NCBI GenBank assembly: GCA_018398765.1
Contig: JAHBMJ010000474.1
Location: forward strand, 1 to 46,548
DNA: 46,548 bases
From: Chromera velia
Lineage: Eukaryota
Reading direction: 5' to 3'
Shown here: in pieces, positions 36,396 through 46,548 of the stretch
Position numbering within the stretch: position 1 is the first letter of the stretch
Layout: each line of letters begins with the position of its first letter
Translations under genes and position numbers: made by a program
Notes under the pieces: model-generated
Database searches by the model: none
Seen by the model: only the letters and a program-made list of their open reading frames with translations
What the model was told of the DNA's origin: nothing

Positions 36396-38153
36396 TGTAT
36401 GTCTACATATATGTACTATTTCTTTCTGTCTAACAACCAGCCATCCATGACATGATGCGGGCACCGCGAAAAGAGGTCTGCCTCCGAGAAAATCAATTCA
36501 GGGGAGACAATAATACAGAGAGAAGTAAAAAGAAAAGAAAAGGAATGCAGAGGGGAACATGGAGCCTCCTGGGAAACGATGACAGACACGGCGTCGGCCT
36601 GTCGCATCCTTGAAGCATGCAGTGACCGCTTTTACCCCGGAAGACCTCATTAAGAGGCAACGTATCCGATGTCGTGCCCAAGAGGATTGAACTGGGGCCT
36701 ATTTGGGCCTTTCCCTCACTCCCGCCGCAGAAGTTCCATCAAAAAACAAAAACGGAGCAGATAGACGGACCAAAAAAAATTTAAAAGAAAATATGAAACC
36801 GATGGTTTTGAAGGAGGCTTAAAAATCAGACCAAAGGTTAGACATACTCGTTTGTGCACCGTACCTCACTTAAGTTGAAATCTCACACGTTGACAGACGA
36901 AACGATTGAACGACCAATAAACCTTTAGTCGAGGGGCGGGAGGCGCCTCCCTTCGGCCTCCACAGGGCAAAACCGCCACCCAGGAGGTCATGTTCAACAG
37001 GACTGCATAGGTTATTGCACACGTTGACCGATTGGGGACAGTAGGAGCCTTGCTGTGCGATCTATTTCACATCTACTCGTATAATTCCGCTTCTTTCCAT
37101 GTGTTAGAGGTCAAGAGAAGGCCACTTTCAAATTGCCCAGACGGGACGAACGATATTTAAAGGAGTCACACTTGGTGTTGCTTCTGACCGGTGCAACAGT
37201 GTGCACTGCTGGCGTCCGCCACTTTCCGAGAACGACCAGAAGCGACTGCAACAGGCCTCCTGTGGATTTATGAGTGGATCCTTCAATAACAAAACGTGAG
37301 AGAAGGGCCTTTATGCAATTACCAACGCTCTTCGTCTGGATTGAAACAATAAACAGACTTTTTCTCACTTGTTGACTGCTACCCATTTTCAGAGGTTCTG
37401 CTGTGATTACTCATTAAGGAGGACGCAGACTGTTTAGAAGTTATCAGTGGCGTAGCAGTTCTGTTTTTGTCAGATGGATGCCTGTGTATATAGATCTAAT
37501 TCAATCATGGTGATGGAATATGTCAGATGAAACTTGAATGAACATGCATCTTTGCAATTCTTTGCACGTCACTGTCATGTAGTACGTCACGTACTGCATG
37601 AGCGCTCGAGCCTGCGCGCGCTTCTGCGCAAACCCTACAAAAATGGCGCAAAATTTCTAACAAAAAACAACTACGCCACTACTACGTATACGCATTGCTT
37701 ACAATGTGCATGGCACGGTTGTGCAACATTGAGCAACGTTCAAACCTCGATCACATACAGAAACTGAGTTTCTCTGCATGATACTCTGCTAAAGACTCTG
37801 ACAACTGGACATTTTTTATAGTTATGAAAAAGAATTGGCATTTATAATTTGGCAAAAGCCTTTAAAAGTTAGTGATACTTAGTGTTTACTTTTAGACGTT
37901 TTAAGCCCGCTTTGTACACAAATTCCCAGCTTTACACTCCCTATACTTCTCGAGATCTACCAACCAGACTTTTTTAAAATGGTAAGTGGACTTTTCAAAA
38001 GGGTAAGTCAAAATGTCCAGTAACCAGACTTTTTCACCGGATATTCTTTAGAGGATGTCTAGTCCGGCGTTAGGTCATTTGCCCTAAACTCTCTCGGAAT
38101 TGATTGTAAACACCTATAAATACTTTATACCTAAATTCGGTATTTGATTCTCA

Positions 38154-39281
38154 TACCTCCCTGAACCTAATGTCCGCTTAAAAAAAAAATATCAAGATCG
38201 TCCGCGCCTGCGGCGTGGCCAATCAAGTCTATCCAAATTTGCAGCCTAGCAAATCTCATTCAAAGAATATTAAAAAAAATTTAAAAAAATAATAACGTAT
38301 AAATAAATCGATATATTGCCTTTAAAATACTATTCATGCCTGGGTTTCGTACATATCATCATATATAATCATAAAATATCAATATTACATCCTAGATTAC
38401 ATCATACATAGCTCGGTGCCAGTATACGGTCATATATAACATCTTTATTCATTTATCTTCTGAATCAGAATTAGCAAGATTGCTCAACCTGCAGATTTCA
38501 CGGGCTTGCTAGCTCTGGCGACAGATAGATATAGCGGGAAGGCCCTAGGGCGGAACATATCAATCAATCAATCAATCAATCATTACACCTGTGTTTGGCG
38601 AGCTCGCACTCTGAGACCGCGCGCTTAACAAAGAGCAGGCCTCTTTTGTTGCTCTTGTCTCTCTGCCTCTCTCTGCTGGGCCTCACTCTGTTCCTCCCCA
38701 GCTGCTACCAAAAAATTTGAAGACGAAGAAGCTTTGGCAGAGCCTGCAAGTGGAGAGGCAACTTGTTGTGATGAAGACACAAGAAGGGGGGAAGGTGCGG
38801 AGACCGTTCGCGAAAATCTGTATTCAAAATTTGTCTGCAGTGTCTCTCCTGAGCGGGGAGACCACTGCTGTCTCGCATCTGCGTATAAGTCAAACATAAT
38901 TGCCCAATTTTTTTTTCTTCAGGGTTGTTTGGATATACTTGTACTTCGGGAGACAAGTGGACATGCATGCAGCTGCGATTCTTTACACACCTGCATGTAG
39001 CTGCATGTGATTCTTTAGACACCTGCATGTGGCGCTGCCTTTTAAGACACCGCCCATATCTGTGGCGCGGCCGGTCAAGACACTGCCCGCGCCTGCGGCG
39101 CTGCCTTTCAAGACACCGCCCGCGCCTGCGGCACAGCCGGTCAAGACATTGCCTGTGCCTGTGGCGCGGGCCTTCAAGATACCGCCCGCTGCTCTACTGC
39201 GCCGCGCCTGCGGCGCGGGCGTTCAAGCCTATCTAAAAATGCGGCCCCACCATTCAAGTGGATCTTAGGTTCAGGGAGGTA
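38154..39281. mobile_element. 1.13-kb non-autonomous DNA transposon, hAT-like, with 8-bp TSD
   Basis: TIR tacctccctgaacctaa / ttaggttcagggaggta (17 bp exact, ~29 bp imperfect). Exact TSD gattctca at 38146-38153 and 39282-39289. Subterminal cgcgcctgcggcg motifs at ~38203 and in ~33-bp repeats at 39020-39220. Confidence 0.9.
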
Positions 39282-39559
39282 GATTCTCAAATAACGGTTA
39301 TCTTAGCGGTTATCGATATTTGTTCTAGGCGGTATTTAACAACTCTACTAGAGACTCAGTGATAGTAGCTAGGATAGTAGAGAGGTTTATGCATGATCGA
39401 GGCCCCGCTAGGCCAGGTGGCAGGTGGCCTAGCGGGCGGCATGCCAGTGATTGTGAAAGAATGAACCTGAACCTTCAACCTTGGACGAAACATTGAATCG
39501 CCCGATCGCAATACTCTTGTGCCTAGTACACTGCGGCACTGCCTACCATCGGCTCGAAA

Positions 39560-41077
39560 TCAACTGGTGAGTGTTTCACTCCCAAAGTGCTTTGCGATCA
39601 GTCCGACGAGAGCGTCCCTTTCTATCGATTCTTCAAGCCGCCCCACCTCTTCTCCATTCTTGAAGATCAAGAAGGCAGGCGGCTTGTCCACTTTGTGCTT
39701 CTCAAGTAACTCTTTCTGGGTGTCCACGTTGACCTTGCAGAAGACCGCCTGTTTCTGAAACTCCTCCGACATCCGCCCGTACTCAGGCATGAACATCAGA
39801 CAGGGCATGGCCCAGACGGCAAAAAACTGACAGACCAGAACCTTCCCCTGCGCTGCAAGCAACCAATCAACCAAAAAAGGAGACATTCAATAAAAACAAG
39901 TGTACAGGCTGCCAAAAACATAGTCGATACATTTTTGAGAGTCCTTTTGGCATCCGAAAGCGACTCACCCCCGCCCACCGCACCCTTTTGCCAGATTCCT
40001 TCATGTAAGAAAAGAACAAAAACCTTACACGGTGAAGAAGCTGTTCTCTCCCTATTTGCCCACAGCCGGTCCTCCCACCACTCTCCCTCCCTCCCCACAC
40101 AAAAAAAATGTACTAAGGAACCGACCAACCGACCCTTGGCGATGTCGCAGAACTGGCCGAGCTGCCCCTCTGCGTTCACCTCCATCACGCGTTTGTTGAC
40201 CGCCTTCCGAGCTAACTGGTCCAGATTCGCTGCTGTGGCCTTCTCCACCGTCAACTGGACGAGGGTCTCGATCTCCTCCGGCTGCATTCATGCATGCATG
40301 CATGCGTGGGGCAAGGCACACATAGACAGACATACAGACTATATGTTTGTTCTTCTCCCTTCTTTTCTTCACAGACAGCCAGACAGACAGACTATATCGT
40401 CTTTTCTTTCCCCTTTTCTCTAACAGATAGAGAGAAAGGACCGTACAGACATTCACACAGTGAGAGAAAGATTCGCAGTCAGGCCTAAGTTGCATGTCAC
40501 GTGACGTGATGGTTGAGTGGGTGGACGGTGCATCAATTGGCAGCCCGATCGGAAGTTGTGTGATTCAGGAAGAGAGAGGGGGCGTTGGCATTTCTGTAGG
40601 GGATCCATCACATAGACCAAAGCCTCTCAACCGAAGAGTCTTTTGCCCATGTATACAGACACGCACAAATACACGCGGAAAGACAAAGGAGGACGGGAGG
40701 GCTGGGCACAGAAGAGTCAATCAATGTGAGAGAAACATGCAGAAGGACAGAAAGCGCTTCCTTCCCCTCCCCTCCGATCCCTCTTCTTTTCTTTCTTCTG
40801 ACCTCCATGCTGATATCGTTGGTGTCCTCCAACAGTTTCTCCATCTGATCGACGAGGCCCTTCAGTTCCTCCAGAGCGGGGGGAAGGGAGACCTCGAACG
40901 CCTCCATCTTCCTCTTGCACAACTGTGGGGGGGAGAAGGGGAATGGGGGGGGGAGTTTACAAAATGAAGAGGGCAGAGAAGAGAGGAAGAAGAAAAAAGC
41001 AATCCAATATCAGCAGGTAAGTAAAAGGTCAGGAGAAATATGAGAGGACAGGAGAGGAAACCAGAAGAGAGGAGCAA

Positions 41078-41133
<56 letters not shown>

Positions 41134-42460
41134 TAGACTACAGGAGGCAGACTCGAGAGATCAGAACAGACTGCAATACCTCACCAGTCCATCGACCCGA
41201 AGAAACAGAAAGAAAACTCAAACTAATTCAAGTGGGAAGAACGTGAACATACTCATATGAAGGAAGAGACCGTCGTCCGTGCGTGAGAAAGACCCCCTCA
41301 AAAGACCTCAGAGTGTGCTCACACAAGGCTTCTGAGACCATTCTTCTTATCATGTGAGCATTTCTACTAGCTTCTTTCTAGGCTCGCAGGTGGTATGGGC
41401 ATCCGGTACTTGGGATCGCATGTGCATCTTCTGCTTCTCTTTTATTCTGCTACTGCTGTAATTCTAGACAGAGAAAGCAAGAAAACACAATGAGATAGAC
41501 TGACTGAGACATAGCGGCAGCATGAAAACATTTGTAGGGCACAGAAAGACAGACAAAAGGCCAGACATGTCGACTGACCAGGGTGATCTGCGTGAGCTTG
41601 GTGATTGCCGCCTGTCTCTTCATCACCCCGGTGGCCTCTTTCTTCTTTGCGCTGAGGTCAAATTGTGGGGTCTCCATGTTGTCGTGAACAAATTTGAGAA
41701 GGGAGGGCAGACTCCTGCAGAGAGACCACAAGAAAAAGAAAAAAATGACTTTCCAGGTTTTTACCCCACCTTTCCGAGGACACACAAAGAGCAGAGAGTC
41801 GATTGTCAGATACAAGGGGAGATCACGACCTGGACACAGACAATTCCAGAGCCTACAGAGCGAAAGCCGTGGTCGCTTTCTTTTTTCCTTCCTTCGTTCG
41901 TTCGTTCCTTCCTTCAAGAGGGAGGGCAGGCCCTCCATCTTCATGAACACCAGACGGTGCAAGCTTCGAAGCAGCCTCAGAGTGAGGGCGGAGAGGAACG
42001 AGAGGTGAATTTAAAGGAGGGGCAGAAACAAGGCAATCATAGACAAGCGAATAGGAATTTCGCTCTCAGCAGCTTCGTTTTGTTTGTCTATTAGACCCAC
42101 AAAAAAGACCCAGACAAGCGCACAGAAAGAAAGAAAGAGGGAGACCGACCCGTCCCCCTTGTAGAGAACTCCACAACCCTTGTCTTTTCTCTTTCTTGTG
42201 GACTCCTTCCCCTTTCCTTCTTTGCCTCCCCCTTTCTCCTCATCTGCCCCCTCCGAGCCCCCAGGAGAGGTTGCAGGGAACAGTCTGATAACGATCGGCT
42301 GCTGTTCGGGCACTCGTTCCTTCTCGATTTCGTTTTGGATCCTGTCAATTTTGCAGATGCGAACGGTCTCGCAGTCCTGTAGTCAGGCAGAGAAACGAAA
42401 AGGACAGAAAGAAGAAATAAGAGGGCAGGGAAGACACACACACCCACACACACACATACC

Positions 42461-42496
<36 letters not shown>

Positions 42497-43163
42497 TAGA
42501 GCTGGATTGAATTCAGACCATAAAGGCAGTGCACGTGTGCAGACAGCTTTTGACACTCAAGGAATCAAGGATCGGGAAGGATAAACAAAAAGAGAGGGAT
42601 CACTTGTGAATGTCCAAGGGGCATCAGCAGAATTCCATGTGTCTCTTCTAGAATACACACTGTCTCGCTCTTTCTCTCTGTTCTTCCCCCTTTCACTCAC
42701 TCGAAGAAGAGGTGCGAGGGCAGTGATGACAGGTTCCATCACGGTCACAGGCTTGCAGGGAGCCCATGCGAAAAGGAACACGTCCAGAGAGGGATCCAGA
42801 ACGATCCGGTCGAAAGTCCTCCCCGTGACTGTCAGGAGATCCTTGTGCATCGGGTCTCTGTCGTTCGGGGGGGGTTCCTGGAGGGAGCAGAAGGGGGCGG
42901 GGGGGGTTCATGCTGAAATACTCACGTTGGCTTCGCACATTAAGTATGTGGAGGCTTTGGGGGGACAGACAGAGAAGGGCCAGAAGAGGGAAAAGAGGGA
43001 AAAGAGGGGACGAGAGGGGAAAGAAAGAAAGAAAGAAAGAAAGAAAGAAGACATTTTTGGTTTCTCCATGTCCGTTGATTCCAATGGAAACGAGAAGCGA
43101 GTGAACACCCTCAGGTCACCCTGAACCATAATGCACACACACACGCACACACACACACACACG

Positions 43164-43198
<35 letters not shown>

Positions 43199-44324
43199 AC
43201 GCACACACACACACACACACAGACCCTCACCGAGCACAACCAAACTGCCACCAACCAGCAAACGATTCTACCTGCCTGCCCACCTGTGACTTCACAAAAG
43301 GTTCCCCCCTCGACTCCGCGGAATCCCGACCGAACGCCACAACTTCCTCCACTGTCTCTGGGAGCTGTGCGGCTCTGAACTTCCTTTTCGGTCCCGCCTC
43401 AACGAAGTACAACTGCGTGTCGCTGCGGTCAATGGGAAAGCCCAGAAAGTCGAGAAACCCCGGAAAGTTTTTGGACACATACTTCAACCCCCCCCTTCCG
43501 AGAATACAGAGGCCAAGAGGCACATGGTTTCTCATCTCTCCATTGGCAAAAGCCTCACGGAGAAACTCGGCTACTTTCTCCCCCTTTGCTATCCCTTCTC
43601 CTTTTCCCCTTTGGCCGCTGCACATGAGAAAGAGCCCCCCGCGCTTGATGAGGGCGCTCAGCGCCTCGTCGTGAAACATGTGCTCCCCAATGTCGTACAG
43701 TTTGTGCTCTGGTCTCCATGCAAATACCTCAATTCGCTCCTTCTCTGCTAGAAGCTTCAAAGGCTCCATACCAACCTTTTCCTTCCCCTTCACTGAGTCT
43801 GTATTATTCGCCCCTTCCAAGTTGTTCGACAAGCGATACCCAGCTAGGGCTATCCCCCCCACATCCACATTCTTTTCTCCCCACGAACTTGTGAATTTGA
43901 AGAGAAAGTGCTGGGCCTCTACAGGCTCTTCCAATTCGATGGCGCATTCTTTGAACTGCTCATCTGTGGTCAGACAGACCAGAGGGGGGTTCTGGGTGTC
44001 TTTGGGCAGTCTTTTCAGTTTGTCCTGGTTGTAACCGTTGAACTTCTTTGAGAAGCTCTTGAACGGAATTTTCGTTTTGCTGGCCCAAAACAGGGCTGTC
44101 TTGATGGGGGCGGTGCAGTCTCTGGGACCTCTAACGACAACGTGAGTGAGAAGAGCGGGCTCTGAAATTTTCAGACACAGATTCATGTTCATGCCTGTAT
44201 CTGAGCAGTGCACCTTCCCCTTCAGGGCATTCTCAATGCCCAACCTCTCGGACTCACACCCCCCGTCATAGGACTCCACCTTCAGCCCCAAAGCGGTATT
44301 GAAGAGAACCAGATCCTCTTCCAT
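39560..44324 (-). CDS. Multi-domain thioredoxin-fold protein (galactose-binding-like jelly roll, PDI-like domains, helical linker, thioredoxin); exons 44324-43284, 42877-42701, 42376-42150, 41714-41579, 40922-40803, 40281-40134, 39852-39560
   Basis: All listed junctions are GT-AG and phase-compatible. PDI a'-like: FVKSQEPP...[30 protein letters not shown]...ICKID...NE...RLFPA...YKGDGSL. Trx: [15 protein letters not shown]...VFCKVNVD...[14 protein letters not shown]. An extra exon near 41463-41323 cannot be excluded. Confidence 0.85.
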
Positions 44325-44719
44325 GGTCACTGCGGTTTGGGGCCAGGCAGCAGTGCTTCTGGAATTGACTTAATGCTTACGGCTTTCACTTTTGATCGAG
44401 AGAGGGGGTTATCAAGACAGCATGGAGTGAGTTCAGGGACATACGAGCGAGCCTCTCACTTGGCTTCTGTGGCTTCGTCGCAAGACACAGAAAAAAGGTG
44501 TATCCAATATATACCTGAGCTCGGTCTGAGCTTGCAAGGAAGTGCAGTGCAGAGTCGGACAATTTGGACAAATGCAATCCCCGCGTCCACAGGATCGAAC
44601 GGTGCGGAGGGAGAATGATGACGTGCAATTAATGATGGGAAGCCACAACCGGGAGATTTACGGGCATTGAACGTTCTCACATTTCTCATTCTCAGTCGAC
44701 GTCTAACAGAGACTGTTTC

Positions 44720-44832
44720 GCACATGCAATTTTTGTTGTTCCGCGCGGCCATGCAATGCGCGGCCATGCATACGCGGGGTCCGCGCGGCCATGCATGCGT
44801 GGAAGATGCCGGCCGCGCGGAAGTAGACGGAC
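44720..44832. promoter_or_regulatory. GC-rich CATGCA cluster upstream of the thioredoxin-fold gene
   Basis: gcgcggccatgca x3 plus gtagacgg, 400-500 bp upstream of ATG 44324. Confidence 0.5.
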
Positions 44833-44877
44833 TTCGTCAGGCAGCATCATGCAGGCAGCCAGCCGATGAAGCTATAG

Positions 44878-46548
44878 TTCAGCTTCCACACTCCTCTTTC
44901 CTCCTTTACTACTGCCCTTGTCCTCCCTGTGATCTTATATATGTGTAGGTTTCCTGCCTATACTCTGGTTTTGCCAGGCATGGTCAGGCTCGGCCCGTGC
45001 TCACTATCTGCGCTCAGCTGGGCTCCCCACCCCCTTTCTGCTGCTGGCGCAGATAAGATCTGGCTCCGAGGGTCCGCCCCCATGCCCCGAAGTAGGCCGA
45101 CGAATCAGGCTACGTCCTTCTGCTGGCAGACTCGTTATGTGCCGGGCCACCCAGAGGCAGGCCGGCCGAGTCTCCAGGGGAGGGTGGGCGGGCGTCAGTT
45201 CGGTCCCTCAAACGCAGAATCCTCGGTCGTTCTTTCATTTTTACCCCTCCACCGATTCCGGTTTTTTGTAGGAAAAAAAAAACATGCACCGATTCACTTT
45301 TCGACAATCTTTTAGGCCGTCTCGCTTGCCGTCTTTCGCTTTTACAGCTTACTCTCTTCTTGTTAGTCTATTTCTTTGCTGTCTCTCCTTGCTATTCCCG
45401 TCTCCTTTTTGTCATTATTCGGCTCTTGCCAATTCTCCGTCCGCAGCGATTCTCTGCATGACGCAATCGGCGTTCAGTCACGCTCACGCCTCAGGGCCTG
45501 ACCCCGGCCTGCGCACGTGCGCACGTGTAGTTCGTTCCAGCTGAACCTGCGTTCCCACTCCGTTGTCTGGTTTAGTCCGGCTCCGCGTGAACTCCTATTT
45601 CAGCTTCCACACTCCTCTTTCCTCCTTTACTACTGCCCTTGTCCTCCCTGTGATCTTATATATGTGTAGGTTTCCTGTCTATACTCTGGTTTTGTCAGGC
45701 ATGGTCAGGCTCGGCCCGTGCTCACTATCTGCGCTCAGCTAGGCTCCCCGCCCCCTTTCTGCCGCTGGCGCAGATAAGATCTGGCTCCGAGGGTCCGCCC
45801 CCATACCCCCACAACCCCGCAAAGAAGACTACCATCGCGCCGCAGCGCACCAGCCGGGCCTAGCCCGGGGTGACCGTGGAGCTAGAAGCCGGGCGGCTAG
45901 CCGGGCGGCTTAGCCCCAGCCGTCATCCATCTCCCGCTACGTGACTAGCCCACGTCCCTCTACTGGGACAGTAGCTTAGTAAGTCCTATGTGTACCTTAG
46001 TGTCTAATTTCATCCGCTGTACGTCATCAATGACATGCACATGATTAATCACTGTCCGCTATAACCTTCTTTGGGTCTGCTTTTTCCCCGCTGCATAGCA
46101 CAGCTTCTTTGGGCTTAGCGTTTCTCTAACACATGCTTGCAATATGTCTTGCAATTTCCTCTATTTCTCTTGCCGCATACGCCATCCATACATTCACACT
46201 GTTGTGCCCCAGGATATTGACCGCTACGTCTACTGGCAGATTCGTTTTCCTCGCTGCCGTATGCCTACTTCTACGCAGCGAGTGCGTCGTAAAGTCCGTG
46301 CACTCCCTCTCTGGGAGACACTTTGTGATTGCCTTCCTCAGTGCCTTCTGCCACGCCTCCCTCGTGAGGGGCCTCTCTGCCCACCGATGGCCATATGCGT
46401 CCGTCGCCCGGAAAAGTGTCCCGCTTTTCGGGGCTTTCTCTAGGAACTCCAAGATCCTTTGCCCCAGTGCCGTTCCGTCTGTCCCTACTAGTGGGATCGG
46501 GCACATCGTGCCTCTGCCCCACCTGTCCCCCTTCGATCTGTGTATATA
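44878..46548 (-). mobile_element. 3' end of a tyrosine-recombinase (DIRS-order; Ngaro/PAT/VIPER-like) retrotransposon with split direct repeats
   Basis: YR C-terminus at 46126-46548, followed downstream by two near-identical 211-bp direct repeats (45599-45809 and 44878-45088) separated by 510 bp. Confidence 0.75.
46126..46548 (-). CDS. Tyrosine recombinase C-terminal catalytic region (5' part outside the window)
   Basis: FTTHSLRRS (HxxR box), ILGHNS and a downstream Tyr (WMAY) match tyrosine recombinase box II. Confidence 0.88.
   Translation of the reverse strand, partial: YIHRSKGDRWGRGTMCPIPLVGTDGTALGQRILEFLEKAPKSGTLFRATDAYGHRWAERPLTREAWQKALRKAITKCLPERECTDFTTHSLRRSRHTAARKTNLPVDVAVNILGHNSVNVWMAYAAREIEEIARHIASMC

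Noticed and set aside
41323..41463. Extra exon of the thioredoxin-fold gene
   Set aside because: It is open and AG/GT-bounded but ends in phase 1, whereas the flanking exons join directly in phase 0. Left out pending cDNA.

Overview
Intron-containing eukaryotic nuclear DNA, most likely from a chromerid alveolate such as Chromera velia (inferred from GT-AG introns, CA/CT microsatellites and GC-rich GCATGC clusters upstream of genes; not verified). Three genes look intact: a 2-exon Gfo/Idh/MocA oxidoreductase (778-2063, +), an intronless F-box-like protein (23110-24510, +) and a multi-exon jelly-roll/PDI-like/thioredoxin protein whose two CXXC sites are both degenerate (39560-44324, -). Most of the rest is nested mobile DNA and decayed genes. 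(i) Three related non-LTR retroelements sit head-to-tail in (AAT/GAT)n tracts (9194-21467). (ii) A 6.4-kb element with ~185-bp TIRs and an exact 6-bp TSD splits one of them (11676-18086); it has no visible transposase but carries a decayed spliced gene with a SLOG/TRPM-like motif and an intronic ~1-kb palindrome. (iii) A 3.7-kb short-TIR element (25847-29565) carries a tandem array of exon+intron units. (iv) A hAT-like element has an exact 8-bp TSD (38154-39281). (v) The window ends in the 3' part of a tyrosine-recombinase retrotransposon with split direct repeats (44878-46548). All calls were made by eye; no searches were run.
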